41,929 nucleotides of DNA, from positions 1 through 41,929 of IMG/VR virus record IMGVR_UViG_3300035701_000087. One strand, 5' to 3'. The DNA comes from a virus. Taxonomy: Duplodnaviria > Caudoviricetes. The translations under genes and the position numbers were made by a program. The notes under the pieces were generated by a model. It ran no database searches. It was not told the DNA's origin and saw only the letters and a list, made by a program, of their open reading frames with translations. The first letter of the stretch is position 1. Every line of letters begins with the position of its first letter. Shown here piece by piece: positions 27,816-37,438 of this stretch.

Positions 27816-29030
27816 ATGCCAAGCGGAATTTATGTTCATAAACCATTTTCTAAAGAACATAAAAGAAAACTGAGTGAAGCACATAAAGGCAAAATTTTTC
27901 CAAAAGAAGTTATAGAAAAAGCAAGACTTGCTAATTTAGGAAAGCATCGTTCCGAAGAAATTAAGAGAAAAATAAGTGAATCTAATATGGGCAAGAAACT
28001 TTCAGAAGATACCAAAAGAAAAATATCTTTAACTTTAACGGGTAGACCCAATGGCAGAAAAGGAATATCACTTAGTGAAGAACATAAAAAGAAAATAGGT
28101 CTCGGAAATAAAGGGAAGATACTTTCGGAGGAGACAAGGAAAAATATGAGCATGGCACAAATTAAAAGGAAATTAAAATTAGGTTTTATCAATACTCCAG
28201 AAACAAGAAAAAAAATAAGCGAAGCATTAACTGGAAGACATCTTTCGGAAGAAACAAAGAAAAAGTTAAGTCTAATTAATACAGGAAAAATAGGATTTTT
28301 TAGAGGTAAGAAAAGACCGCCTTTTTCGGAAGAATGGAAAAGAAATATTGGACTGGCAACCAAAAGAAGGCCATCTCCAATGTTAGGAAGACATCTTTCA
28401 GAGGAATGGAAAAGAAATATACGTCTGGGAAATAAAGGATGGATTCCTTCAAGAAAAGGAATGCATAATTCGGAAGAATGGAAGAATAAGATGTCTACAT
28501 TTATGAAAGGAAATCAATATGGTCTGGGATATAGACACACGGAAGAAGCAAAAGCAAAAATAAGTCTGGCTTCAAAGAATAGAAAATATTCAAAAGAAAT
28601 AATAGATAAAAGGAGATTCAAACTGATAGGCAGGAAAAGAAGTGCGGAAATTATAAGAAAATGTTTAGTTAGACATATTCCTTCTTCTTTGGAAGTTGCA
28701 TTTCAATCTGTTATTGATATATATAAATTGCCATATAGATATACTGGAAACGGTTCTTTCATTATCAATGGAATGAATCCAGATTTTATCAATACGAATG
28801 GCAAAAAAATAGCAATAGAAGTATATGCCAGATATTATAAATTAAGAAATGTAGTGAATATAGATGAATGGGAAAAAGATAGAAGTAAAAAATTTGCAGA
28901 ATTGGGTTGGAGGGTTATATTTTTTAATGAAATGCAAGTTGCAAAATTTAGTAGAGATATATGTCAGGACAAGGAAGTAGAAGTAAAAGAAATACTAAGA
29001 GGAAATTCAAATGAAATTCAAATCAGATAA
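27816..29030 (+). CDS. Free-standing homing-endonuclease-like protein: NUMOD3 repeats plus C-terminal DUF559/Vsr-like nuclease
   Basis: About 12 SEExKxKIS-type repeats; PDF...IAIEV...GWRVI. Confidence 0.85.
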   Translation: MPSGIYVHKPFSKEHKRKLSEAHKGKIFPKEVIEKARLANLGKHRSEEIKRKISESNMGKKLSEDTKRKISLTLTGRPNGRKGISLSEEHKKKIGLGNKGKILSEETRKNMSMAQIKRKLKLGFINTPETRKKISEALTGRHLSEETKKKLSLINTGKIGFFRGKKRPPFSEEWKRNIGLATKRRPSPMLGRHLSEEWKRNIRLGNKGWIPSRKGMHNSEEWKNKMSTFMKGNQYGLGYRHTEEAKAKISLASKNRKYSKEIIDKRRFKLIGRKRSAEIIRKCLVRHIPSSLEVAFQSVIDIYKLPYRYTGNGSFIINGMNPDFINTNGKKIAIEVYARYYKLRNVVNIDEWEKDRSKKFAELGWRVIFFNEMQVAKFSRDICQDKEVEVKEILRGNSNEIQIR

Positions 29031-29529
29031 AAGAATTAACTGGTTCTTGGTAGTTCTACTCTCTTGGCTAATTGCTATTGCCTTAGTTCAACTCAATCAT
29101 TTTATTTATCTTCAGAAAAGGAAACCAGCCTTGATTGGCAAGGTTTCCTGTTATATGTATAATCCTGTCAAATCTCAAACCGATAGTTCTCCGCATTATA
29201 CTTCCATTGGAGAGAAAGTCCAGGAAGGAATAATTGCAGTCTCACAAGACCTTCTGGGTAAAGTAAATTATTATGATATGGTTTATGTCAAAGAGTTGGA
29301 TAGATATTTCTATGTTATGGATTGTATGCATAAGAAGAATAAAAATAGTGTGGATATATTCTCCTGGAATTTGAAACAGGCGCATACATTTGGAAAGCAT
29401 GAATTCACTTTATATCTATGCAAAAAAATGCAGAAACATGATGGGAAAGAAATATCTGATTTTAGGGTTTACGGAAAGATAGATGAAGATAAAATAAGGA
29501 GATTGAATAAAGAATATGAGTCTAAATAA
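29011..29529 (+). CDS. Membrane-anchored 3D-domain (lytic transglycosylase-like) protein
   Basis: N-terminal TM; YNP..SQTDSSP, IAVSQD, VMD, VDIF. Confidence 0.8.
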   Translation: MKFKSDKRINWFLVVLLSWLIAIALVQLNHFIYLQKRKPALIGKVSCYMYNPVKSQTDSSPHYTSIGEKVQEGIIAVSQDLLGKVNYYDMVYVKELDRYFYVMDCMHKKNKNSVDIFSWNLKQAHTFGKHEFTLYLCKKMQKHDGKEISDFRVYGKIDEDKIRRLNKEYESK

Positions 29530-30223
29530 ATCAAAAATAGAGTGGTGTGACTGGTCGTGGAATCCCATAACCGGATGTGAAAGGAATTGTTATTACTGTT
29601 ATGCCAGAAAGATGTTTCATAGATTTGGAAAATCCTTTAAACCAGAATTTCACCGAGAACGATTAAATGATATTGATAAGATAAAGAAACCATGTAAAGT
29701 ATTTGTCTGCTCCGTTTCTGATTTATTTGCTCCCTGGACTTCCATTCACTGGCAATGCCCTGTATTTGCAAAATTACTTGATTCCAAGTATAAACATATA
29801 ACATTTCAATTGCTTACAAAATCTCCTGAAGGAATACCACATGAATTGCATTGGCCCGGTAATATATGGATGGGTGTAACAATAAATCATACCCGGGAAG
29901 TCCATAAAGCAATTGAATTGATTGCCAAGACAACTGGTTCCGAATGCATTAATTTCATTTCTTTTGAACCTATTCTGGAAGACATTATGAATGGAGATGG
30001 CGATCCTCACTTGGTCAAACAATGGAACGAAGTAATTAGATTAGTGGATTGGGTTATAGTTGGAAAACTCACTGGTTCAAATAAGGTTCCATTGCAAAAA
30101 ATATGGGTTCAAAGGATATTGGATAAATGCAGAGAACTAAAGAAACCAATATTCATAAAAAATAATGTGGGATGGGAAACTTCCATCCAGGAGTATCCTA
30201 ATGAAAGAAAAACTAACAGTTGA
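29516..30223 (+). CDS. DUF5131 (Gp37/Gp68) radical-SAM-like protein
   Basis: SKIEW, WNPITGCERNCYYCYA, SDLF, LLTK, SFEP, DWVIVG. Confidence 0.9.
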   Translation: MSLNKSKIEWCDWSWNPITGCERNCYYCYARKMFHRFGKSFKPEFHRERLNDIDKIKKPCKVFVCSVSDLFAPWTSIHWQCPVFAKLLDSKYKHITFQLLTKSPEGIPHELHWPGNIWMGVTINHTREVHKAIELIAKTTGSECINFISFEPILEDIMNGDGDPHLVKQWNEVIRLVDWVIVGKLTGSNKVPLQKIWVQRILDKCRELKKPIFIKNNVGWETSIQEYPNERKTNS

Positions 30224-30449
30224 AAAACTTAAAGAAATGAAACCTCACACAATATTTGCTACGGGACAGATTCTCGGAAATCAACGGATTGCCATTAGAG
30301 GAGATTTTTACGATTGGGCAATATACCGTGGAAATTATGAAGAAAGTCCAGATTTCATTGCAAAGTTTGGAAATAAGATTTTTGATAAAGAATTAATAGA
30401 ATTTCTGGTGCCAGCGGATAAGGAAGCCTTGTTATTATACAGAAATTAA
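30201..30449 (+). CDS. Hypothetical protein
   Basis: AGGAG SD; RGDFYDWAIY. Confidence 0.6.
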   Translation: MKEKLTVEKLKEMKPHTIFATGQILGNQRIAIRGDFYDWAIYRGNYEESPDFIAKFGNKIFDKELIEFLVPADKEALLLYRN

Positions 30450-30450
30450 T

Positions 30451-31008
30451 ATGAGAATATCCATTTGCATATTACTTCACCCTGCAAGAAAACAATATTT
30501 AGAATATCTGATTTCTAAACTTGGTAATGTTATGATTGCTTTGGATACCGGAACCGGACTTAATGAAAACAGCAAAAATGCATGGTCAAGATATAGTTCA
30601 GACGCAGATTTTCATTTAGTATTGGATGATGATTCATTGATATGTAAGAATTTTTATTCTGAATTGAATAGAATCCTGGAAGATGATTCTTTTGCATATT
30701 CGTTATATTGGGGAGAGATTCCCTTGGCCCCGGAAGCATATAGAAAAGGTTACCATGAAGATTTGACACTGATGTTTGGTAATTCAATTTGTTTGCCAAC
30801 CAAGATAATTCCACAGATGTTAGAGTTTGCTAGTCAACCTCATTTAAAAGATATGCCTTTCGATGGTCGCATTGCCAGATACCTGCCCTTGAGAAATATG
30901 CCAGTTCGAACACCTATTCCTTGTTTGGTGGATCATAGAACTGAAACAAAAAGTTTAGTTGGCAATAATGGATTAAATAGAAAAGCATTCTCGTTTATTG
31001 GAGAATAA
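30451..31008 (+). CDS. GT-A fold glycosyltransferase-like protein
   Basis: HPAR, FHLVLDDD, PCLVDH. Confidence 0.7.
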   Translation: MRISICILLHPARKQYLEYLISKLGNVMIALDTGTGLNENSKNAWSRYSSDADFHLVLDDDSLICKNFYSELNRILEDDSFAYSLYWGEIPLAPEAYRKGYHEDLTLMFGNSICLPTKIIPQMLEFASQPHLKDMPFDGRIARYLPLRNMPVRTPIPCLVDHRTETKSLVGNNGLNRKAFSFIGE

Positions 31009-31020
31009 GGGGGTGATATA

Positions 31021-31302
31021 ATGTCAGAAAAAAAGGAAAAATCCAAACCAAAGCAACAGACCCTTCCTGGAGTTCCTAAACCCGGAAAGGTAGCAGTTGC
31101 TATTGAAGAATTCTTTGATTTGAAAGACGATGCAAAATCTGTTTCGGAGAATATCAAAAGAAAAAAGATAGAGATAATATCCGAAATGAAACAGGATAAT
31201 GTAAAACATATTCAACATCAAGGATATTCTTTCACAATCAATGCTTCAGAAACACTGGTTGTAAAGAAAGAAGGCGGAGAAAAGAAAGCAAAGAATTTCT
31301 GA
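31021..31302 (+). CDS. Hypothetical charged protein
   Basis: GGGGGTG SD; 93 aa. Confidence 0.6.
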   Translation: MSEKKEKSKPKQQTLPGVPKPGKVAVAIEEFFDLKDDAKSVSENIKRKKIEIISEMKQDNVKHIQHQGYSFTINASETLVVKKEGGEKKAKNF

Positions 31303-31306
31303 GGGC

Positions 31307-31335
31307 TTGACAAGTTGTAAATCATTTTGTATAGT
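31307..31335 (+). promoter_or_regulatory. Sigma70-type promoter of the replication operon
   Basis: TTGACA-17 bp-TATAGT. Confidence 0.78.
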
Positions 31336-31341
31336 TGAGCC

Positions 31342-31488
31342 AAGGACGAAGTAATGGCTAAATTAATTAACAAAAATTTCAATGTAGAATTTAATTACCC
31401 CTGGAGGATTCTCGCCTTATGTTTAGCCATAAGTCGTCCTTATCCTACAGGGGCTTTTAAATTCCATAGAGGAATTCGTGAAAAGTGA
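31342..31488 (+). promoter_or_regulatory. Structured leader with 44-codon uORF (31354-31488) before the initiator gene
   Basis: AAGGACGA/TCGTCCTT and ATGGCTAAA/TTTAGCCAT pairings, crossed by CCCCTGGAGGAT/ATCCTACAGGGG. Confidence 0.62.
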
Positions 31489-32299
31489 AAAAATACAAGG
31501 TGGTTATTATATTAAGGCTCGTTGTATTCAAGATTCTTACGTTGCACATACTCCACCCTATGTTAGAGAAATATGGGATTGGATATTGAAAGAATGTAAT
31601 CATGCGGATTTTAGGGATATAAAAAGAGGACAATGTGTCAGGACATTTAAGGATATTCAGGATGGGCTTTCTTGGTATATTGGTTATCGAAAAATGAAAT
31701 ATACCAAGTGGCAATGCGAAAAAGCAATGAAGACACTCTTGAGAGCAACAATGATAGCAACACGTAAAACAACAAGGGGTTTAGTAATTACCGTCATAAA
31801 CTATGACTTTTATCAGAACCCAAAAAACTACGATAGCAACACGATAGCAACAACAGAGCAACAGTGTGCAGACACTATATACAAGAATGATAAGAATGAT
31901 AAGAATAATAATACAGATAACATATATACAGATGGTAATCTGTTTGAAAAACATTCGATTTCTAATATAGATTCTAAAGACACTATTACAAAGACACTTA
32001 TAAAAGATACATATAAAGACAAACAGGAATTTGCAGAGTATGTTCATTTAACTCAAAAGGAATACAAGACTCTAATTAAAAAATATGGTGAATATAATAC
32101 TAAAAGATTTATAGAGAAGTTAGATAATACGGTTGGCTCTAATACAAAAAAATACAAATATACCTCTGATTATAGAGCCATCTTAAACTGGGTAGCTGAT
32201 GCAGTATTAAGTAAAGATACTTTGAAATCAAATAGTGATGTCAAAAGTCTAATAGTCCCGGAGGATAAATATGCAAATCTCAAAACCATCACCGGATAA
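31478..32299 (+). CDS. Phage replication initiator (replisome organiser)
   Basis: GYYIKAR, KRGQ, ITVINYDFYQ; internal iterons; followed by a DnaC-like ATPase. Confidence 0.82.
   Translation: MKSEKIQGGYYIKARCIQDSYVAHTPPYVREIWDWILKECNHADFRDIKRGQCVRTFKDIQDGLSWYIGYRKMKYTKWQCEKAMKTLLRATMIATRKTTRGLVITVINYDFYQNPKNYDSNTIATTEQQCADTIYKNDKNDKNNNTDNIYTDGNLFEKHSISNIDSKDTITKTLIKDTYKDKQEFAEYVHLTQKEYKTLIKKYGEYNTKRFIEKLDNTVGSNTKKYKYTSDYRAILNWVADAVLSKDTLKSNSDVKSLIVPEDKYANLKTITG
31741..31909 (+). repeat. Iterons and AT-rich repeats, probable replication origin
   Basis: GATAGCAACA at 31753, 31832, 31843, variants at 31741 and 31854; AAGAATGAT x2 plus AAGAATAAT at 31883-31909. Confidence 0.72.
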
Positions 32300-33017
32300 G
32301 CCTAAAAATGGTAAGTGTATAGATTGTAGTAGTATTGTAAAACCATTTTTAATTAAAATTGCAGATAAACCTTGTTGGTTACAACTTAAAAGATGTGAAC
32401 CTTGTGAAAAGAAATTCCACGTTGAACGAGATAAACAAGAAAAAATTCTATATAGACGGGCAACACTTGATAGGAATTTTTCAGAATGTTTGCTATCCCC
32501 GATTAATAAAACAATGGTTTTTGAAAATTTTATAGTAAACGAAAACAATGAAAAGATATATAAACATATATCAGAATATGGGGACAAAGCCGAGAGTATA
32601 TTTTTAACTGGCAGATGTGGTAATGGTAAAACTCATCTGGCTTCTGCTCTTGCTATAAGAATGTGGCTGGAATTAAAAAACTTTAAGTTTGTAGTAGTGC
32701 CTGAACTATTAATGCAAATCAGGGATACATTCAAAAAGGATTCTAACTGTTCTGAACTTGATATAATAAAAAAATATACAGGAACTCCATTTTTATTTCT
32801 GGATGACTTTGGGGCCGAGAAGATAAGTGAGTGGAGCTTAGAGGCTATATTCTTATTGATAGATACAAGAATCAGGGAAATGAAACCAATGTTTATTACA
32901 AGTAATTTATCAATATCGGAAATCAGTAAAAGATTTAATGATAGAATTGCTTCAAGAATTGCAGGAGTATGTAATATTTTAGAACTAACAGATATTGATC
33001 ATAGATTAAAAACTTAA
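32271..33017 (+). CDS. DnaC/IstB-like helicase loader ATPase
   Basis: Two CxxC pairs, GRCGNGKTHLA, LFLDDFGAE, ITSN, RIASRI. Confidence 0.9.
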   Translation: MQISKPSPDKPKNGKCIDCSSIVKPFLIKIADKPCWLQLKRCEPCEKKFHVERDKQEKILYRRATLDRNFSECLLSPINKTMVFENFIVNENNEKIYKHISEYGDKAESIFLTGRCGNGKTHLASALAIRMWLELKNFKFVVVPELLMQIRDTFKKDSNCSELDIIKKYTGTPFLFLDDFGAEKISEWSLEAIFLLIDTRIREMKPMFITSNLSISEISKRFNDRIASRIAGVCNILELTDIDHRLKT

Positions 33018-33034
33018 ATTTAAGGAGGATTAAA

Positions 33035-33340
33035 ATGCCTATTTTAAAATGTCCGAAATGTCAGCGGCGATGGGAAACAGAGCCAAAAAATGACAAAACA
33101 GAATTTGATTCTTACTGTGATAATTGCAGGGAGCTTATTTCTGCAAGAAGTAAACTTAACCGAAATTCATCAGAGATTATAGTTAGTTTTCTGATGAAGG
33201 CTTTTACTGCCTTTCTTTTCACGATTGGGTTTGGATTAATTCTTTATGGTTTATGGTTATATTTTCGGGAAGGGATTATATTCTATATCGGAATATTCTT
33301 AATGTTATGGGCAAATAAAATCGGACGGAGGCTGAAATGA
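33035..33340 (+). CDS. Zinc-ribbon membrane protein
   Basis: CPKC...CDNC then two TM segments. Confidence 0.6.
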   Translation: MPILKCPKCQRRWETEPKNDKTEFDSYCDNCRELISARSKLNRNSSEIIVSFLMKAFTAFLFTIGFGLILYGLWLYFREGIIFYIGIFLMLWANKIGRRLK

Positions 33341-33528
33341 GTGAAAATGATTATTGGAAAAATATTTTGAGATATAAAAGTAAAGATTTCAAAGACGGAT
33401 TAATAGAGGGAATCAGAGCACATGCTATCTGGAAGGATGGTAAACAAGTTGTGGGTTGTTTAGAAAAATCTTTATTGGAAGAGATAAAAACCATAGATAT
33501 AATTTTTCTTCAGCTAAACGGAGAGTAA
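33337..33528 (+). CDS. Hypothetical protein
   Basis: GGAGG SD; AIWKDGKQVVG. Confidence 0.6.
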   Translation: MSENDYWKNILRYKSKDFKDGLIEGIRAHAIWKDGKQVVGCLEKSLLEEIKTIDIIFLQLNGE

Positions 33529-33530
33529 AA

Positions 33531-33719
33531 ATGAAATATCCTTCATTAGAAGAAGTTAATGCCGCAGACCGTTTTCAACTATGTAAGTGGCATAGATTTT
33601 TAAGAAGTCCAGAGAATGAAAAGGAAGTTGAATTAAATCATTTGATGTTTAAAATGTGGGAAGAAGCAGGAGGATTTACTCCTGAAATAAGCAAAGCAAT
33701 AGGATGGAGGCAACCATGA
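33531..33719 (+). CDS. Hypothetical protein
   Basis: GGAG SD; WHRFLRSP...GGFTPEISKAIGW. Confidence 0.6.
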   Translation: MKYPSLEEVNAADRFQLCKWHRFLRSPENEKEVELNHLMFKMWEEAGGFTPEISKAIGWRQP

Positions 33720-33952
33720 GGGCGCTTATCACGGGTATAAAATTGCGCACATCTAAATACGGCGGAACCTTTAAACATATATTTTTCAAGTCTTTGGAAA
33801 CCGGAAAATCCTATAAAACTTGTGTGGCTGATAAATTTTCAAATTCTATTCGTTGGAGAAGTGTTGCGCCAGGAATGGTGCTTGAGAATTTAGTTACAAA
33901 AGGGGAATTGATAGATGCAGATTCTGTTTTTATAATTCAAAAGGAGATTTAA
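33716..33952 (+). CDS. Hypothetical protein
   Basis: GGAGG SD; ATGA overlap. Confidence 0.6.
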   Translation: MRALITGIKLRTSKYGGTFKHIFFKSLETGKSYKTCVADKFSNSIRWRSVAPGMVLENLVTKGELIDADSVFIIQKEI

Positions 33953-35173
33953 ATGTCAGGAAATTTTCTTGAAGAAATTGGAATCGAAGAAGCAGTCCTG
34001 GCTTGTATTTTTCTACAACCAAAAGAATGCAGCCCGGAAGGAATAAAACTTGATTGGTTTATTCATTCTACTAACAAAAATATTTTTAAAAAGATAGTTG
34101 AGGTATTAAATAAATTAGGTAGTATAGATTTGATTATTGCAAGGGAAGAAGGATTTCTACCTGAAGAATTGGTTACTCTTGCTGTTTCTATGGGAAAGAT
34201 TTCTTCAACTTCTCATTATCCTAATTATGTGAGGGCTTTAAAGATTAGATATCTTAGATTTCAGATTGATTTGATTTCTTCAAAACACAGAGAGTTAGAT
34301 ACTGCTGAATTGAAAAAGTTAATTGAAGAAGCGGAGTTTAAATCTTTAAATCCAGTCTTTGATACTTCCAAAGATTTAGGAAAGTATGTGGATTATATGG
34401 ATTCTTTAATCTCTGGTAGAATAAAAACATATTCATGCGGCATGGAAGTATTAGATAATTTTATTGGCAAAGTCCGGGAAGGGAACCTGATAACAATAGG
34501 TGGTCGTCCTGGCAATGGAAAGACTTCTTTGATGTTGAACATGGCTTATAGAATAGCCTCCCAGGGAATTAAATGTTTGTATCTAACTGCGGAGATGACA
34601 GTATTTGAGTTAATAGATAGATTAATATCTTTTCGTTCAGGTATTAATTCTTTCAAAATAACACAAGGTGATTTAATGGATGGTGAAATACGGACTGCCA
34701 TGAATGCCGCGAATGAAATATCTAAACTGAATCTATTTATATATGAAACTTCCAGATTCAATAAAGCAGAAATTCACGAGCTGGTTAATAGATATGAATT
34801 CAAGTATATCTTCCTGGATCATCTCCAAAGATTCAGACTTCCACAGGAATCCGAAACAAGGGCCGCTGGATTTTCAGATATAGTGGCAGGAATTAAAGAT
34901 ATTGCATTGGAAGATAGGAAGATAGTAATTCTTGGCTCTCAGCTCAACCGGGTGGTTGATATGCGCCCAGGGAAGGAACCTTTCATGGGAGATTTAAAAG
35001 AATCGTCTGGAATTGAAGAAAACTCCGATAAGGTTCTTCTTCTCTGGCCCCGGGACATAGAAGTTGATGATGCCTTGAAGGTAACTATAAAAGTGGATAA
35101 AAATAGACAAGGGCCTACCGGACAGATAGACCTTGCGTTTGTTAGAAGGCTTTGTGAATTCAGGCCATTGTAG
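33953..35173 (+). CDS. dnaB: DnaB-like replicative helicase
   Basis: GGRPGNGKT, AEM, FLDHLQ, SQLNR, DLKESSGIE, KNRQG. Confidence 0.95.
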   Translation: MSGNFLEEIGIEEAVLACIFLQPKECSPEGIKLDWFIHSTNKNIFKKIVEVLNKLGSIDLIIAREEGFLPEELVTLAVSMGKISSTSHYPNYVRALKIRYLRFQIDLISSKHRELDTAELKKLIEEAEFKSLNPVFDTSKDLGKYVDYMDSLISGRIKTYSCGMEVLDNFIGKVREGNLITIGGRPGNGKTSLMLNMAYRIASQGIKCLYLTAEMTVFELIDRLISFRSGINSFKITQGDLMDGEIRTAMNAANEISKLNLFIYETSRFNKAEIHELVNRYEFKYIFLDHLQRFRLPQESETRAAGFSDIVAGIKDIALEDRKIVILGSQLNRVVDMRPGKEPFMGDLKESSGIEENSDKVLLLWPRDIEVDDALKVTIKVDKNRQGPTGQIDLAFVRRLCEFRPL

Positions 35174-35181
35174 GAGACATT

Positions 35182-35454
35182 ATGAAAACAAGTCATTACA
35201 CTCAGGAAGTAACTATTGAAGAAGAAGAAAGCAAGGATTATTTTGTCGAATGGACTGCTGATATAACTTTTGAAGTCTGGAAAGAGAATTATGGAGAGGA
35301 TGCTGATGGGAATAGAGGTCAACTGAGAACTATGCAGGAAATTAGCGCGATAGAAAATATAAAAAGACTTGAAGAATCTGTTCCGGATGATAAGGTTCCT
35401 GAAAGTGTTATGAATAAATTTGAAGCAGCGGAACTTGATTTTTCTAAAATATAA
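35182..35454 (+). CDS. Hypothetical acidic protein
   Basis: AGGAG SD; NYGEDADGNRG. Confidence 0.6.
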   Translation: MKTSHYTQEVTIEEEESKDYFVEWTADITFEVWKENYGEDADGNRGQLRTMQEISAIENIKRLEESVPDDKVPESVMNKFEAAELDFSKI

Positions 35455-35456
35455 AT

Positions 35457-35627
35457 ATGAATAAAAATAGAATCAGAATCAGAAGAATGAAGTGTAATGG
35501 TTGCGGGAAGGGATTAAAACACCGGAAGCATGGTGGAATGTATTATTGTGATATGTGTTTAAAAGAATATAAAGAACATAAGTCTCCAAATGTCCTTGGA
35601 AGAAATAAGGAGAATGAAGATGAGTGA
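35457..35627 (+). CDS. Small zinc-finger protein (56 aa, below the ORF-track cutoff)
   Basis: Hand translation: CNGC...YYCDMC; fills the gap between neighbours. Confidence 0.5.
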   Translation: MNKNRIRIRRMKCNGCGKGLKHRKHGGMYYCDMCLKEYKEHKSPNVLGRNKENEDE

Positions 35628-35892
35628 AACGAATCTTGTAATTGTCGAGACCGAAGCCACTAAATCAAAAATTTGTGTTGCATTAGACAAACAGGGTATT
35701 CTTCTGGCAACCATTAAATATCCCAGACTTCCTATTTGGTATCAATCAGAAATTGAACTTTTAAACAAAGATTTTGATACTATAACATATAAATTTTTAA
35801 ATATGATAAATAATTTAAAAAAAATATTTGACGGAAGTAAAATCGTCGAATATGAATACATCGGAAAAAAAGAGGAAAAGGAGATATTCTAA
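35620..35892 (+). CDS. Hypothetical protein
   Basis: AGGAG SD upstream. Confidence 0.5.
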   Translation: MSETNLVIVETEATKSKICVALDKQGILLATIKYPRLPIWYQSEIELLNKDFDTITYKFLNMINNLKKIFDGSKIVEYEYIGKKEEKEIF

Positions 35893-35893
35893 T

Positions 35894-36289
35894 ATGGAAA
35901 TATTAACCGATGAAGCCAAGAAGAAGAAAGAAGAATGGTTAAAATCAAGGATAAAATTAGCCGAAGAACGAGGCGTGATTCAGTGTAAATATTGCGGAAT
36001 ATATTCCGGCGTGTATAAGGTTACCCTTAAAAAATTCATTCTTCCAAAATCAAAAAAGAAAGTATATCTCTGTCAGAGACATTGGGATAAATCAAAAGAA
36101 CTTGATGATGTTATCTGGTATATGGAGAACCCGGAAGTTTCTGGATATAATGATATGAAGAATGCATTAGAGAAGAAGAAACAAGAAGAGTTATGGACCC
36201 GGAAGAAGAGAATTATCTATATTAGTATTATATCTATCTCTGTATTAATTCTTACTATTTTATATATAGTATGGAGGATTTGTGGGTAA
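35894..36289 (+). CDS. Zinc-finger protein with C-terminal TM
   Basis: CKYC...CQRH; hydrophobic C-terminus. Confidence 0.55.
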   Translation: MEILTDEAKKKKEEWLKSRIKLAEERGVIQCKYCGIYSGVYKVTLKKFILPKSKKKVYLCQRHWDKSKELDDVIWYMENPEVSGYNDMKNALEKKKQEELWTRKKRIIYISIISISVLILTILYIVWRICG

Positions 36290-36482
36290 TATATGCAATT
36301 GTTGCGGTAAAGAACTCAAACCTGATTGGCATTACTGCAGTGAATGTTGGGATACATTAATCCAGGAAAGAGATTCATACTTGGAAGCATTGAATAAACA
36401 GCAGGAGGCCATTGACAAACTTGAAGAGGAGAATCAAAGACTCCGGGAGGAATTAAATGCAGAACGTAGAAATCAGAGGTAA
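36282..36482 (+). CDS. Zinc-ribbon plus coiled-coil protein
   Basis: CNCC...CSEC; GGAGG SD, GTG start. Confidence 0.55.
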   Translation: MGNICNCCGKELKPDWHYCSECWDTLIQERDSYLEALNKQQEAIDKLEEENQRLREELNAERRNQR

Positions 36483-36717
36483 GATTTATTCCAAGATTCA
36501 TGAGTTGACAATGGAACTGGATGGCAAGTTAAAAAATGGAACATTAGTTCCGGTAAATGAATGTCGTGAATTGATTTCTGGCATTAATGTTCTTGCCATT
36601 GAATTAGAGAATGAATTTATTTATAGAGGAGAGATGCTTCGGGAATTAATAGATAAAGTCCATGAAGTATATATGAAGAATAAATTTTCATTCAATCTGC
36701 ATCCTTCGGAAAATTAA
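36457..36717 (+). CDS. Hypothetical protein
   Basis: GGAGG SD. Confidence 0.55.
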   Translation: MQNVEIRGKIYSKIHELTMELDGKLKNGTLVPVNECRELISGINVLAIELENEFIYRGEMLRELIDKVHEVYMKNKFSFNLHPSEN

Positions 36718-36721
36718 TTAT

Positions 36722-36925
36722 ATGATTGATTTCAAAACTATGGTGTATCTTTCTGGAGCAAGAAGAGAAACAGAATTTTCAGGCATGATAGATTTATATA
36801 TTGTTAAATTGAAAGCAGATGGTCGGAATATATTACTTGAACATGACAGATATTTAGAAGAGAGAAGTAAAGAAAATAAGAAACCAACCTTTGAAAATTA
36901 TATGATGTTAATGAAAATAACATGA
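36722..36925 (+). CDS. Hypothetical protein
   Basis: Packed ORF. Confidence 0.45.
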   Translation: MIDFKTMVYLSGARRETEFSGMIDLYIVKLKADGRNILLEHDRYLEERSKENKKPTFENYMMLMKIT

Positions 36926-37059
36926 ACCCTAAAATCTTTCCTATAATTATGATGGTTTTAAATTTAATGGCTGCAATATCTTATTTAGTCAAAGGGGATA
37001 TAAGGCATACGATTTATTGGGTAGCGGCTTGTGTGCTTACGGCAAGTATAACTTTTTAA
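36922..37059 (+). CDS. Small two-TM membrane protein (45 aa)
   Basis: Hand translation MNPKIFPIIMMVLNLMAAISYLVKGDIRHTIYWVAACVLTASITF; ATGA overlap. Confidence 0.6.
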   Translation: MNPKIFPIIMMVLNLMAAISYLVKGDIRHTIYWVAACVLTASITF

Positions 37060-37172
37060 AAATAGGGAATTGAAATATAAATTATCAGGATTGAAATAAC
37101 TCTCAAAATTCAAGTGGAGGGTGGAGAGTCAAAATCAGTTATTAAACAGCGAGGTCAAAAAGGAGAAAACCG

Positions 37173-37299
37173 ATGAAAACAATATTAAAAAAAGTCTATT
37201 ATTGTGATTTTTGCAAAAAGAAGGGATTGTCTGGTGGTGCAATGTCAAAACACGAAAAAAGGTTGCACTCTTAATCCTAATCGCAAATGCAAACTTTAG
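37173..37299 (+). pseudogene. Frameshifted zinc-finger gene remnant
   Basis: YYCDFC...KHEK, then one extra A; the shifted frame gives GCTLNPNRKCKL followed by TAG. Confidence 0.45.
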
Positions 37300-37438
37300 A
37301 TACTGGAAACCAAAGCAGGAAGTTAAAATTGTCTATTATTGCTCTGTTAGTGATGTTTATTTAAAATATAAATGTGTTCATACGAGTTTAAAAGAATGTA
37401 ACCAGAAATTCAAACTTGTAAGAATGGAGGAAAAATAA

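Noticed and set aside
27816-29030. Endonuclease as part of an intron or intein
   Set aside because: Flanking RuvC and 3D-domain genes look intact, the gene has its own promoter and SD, and no splicing motifs were seen.
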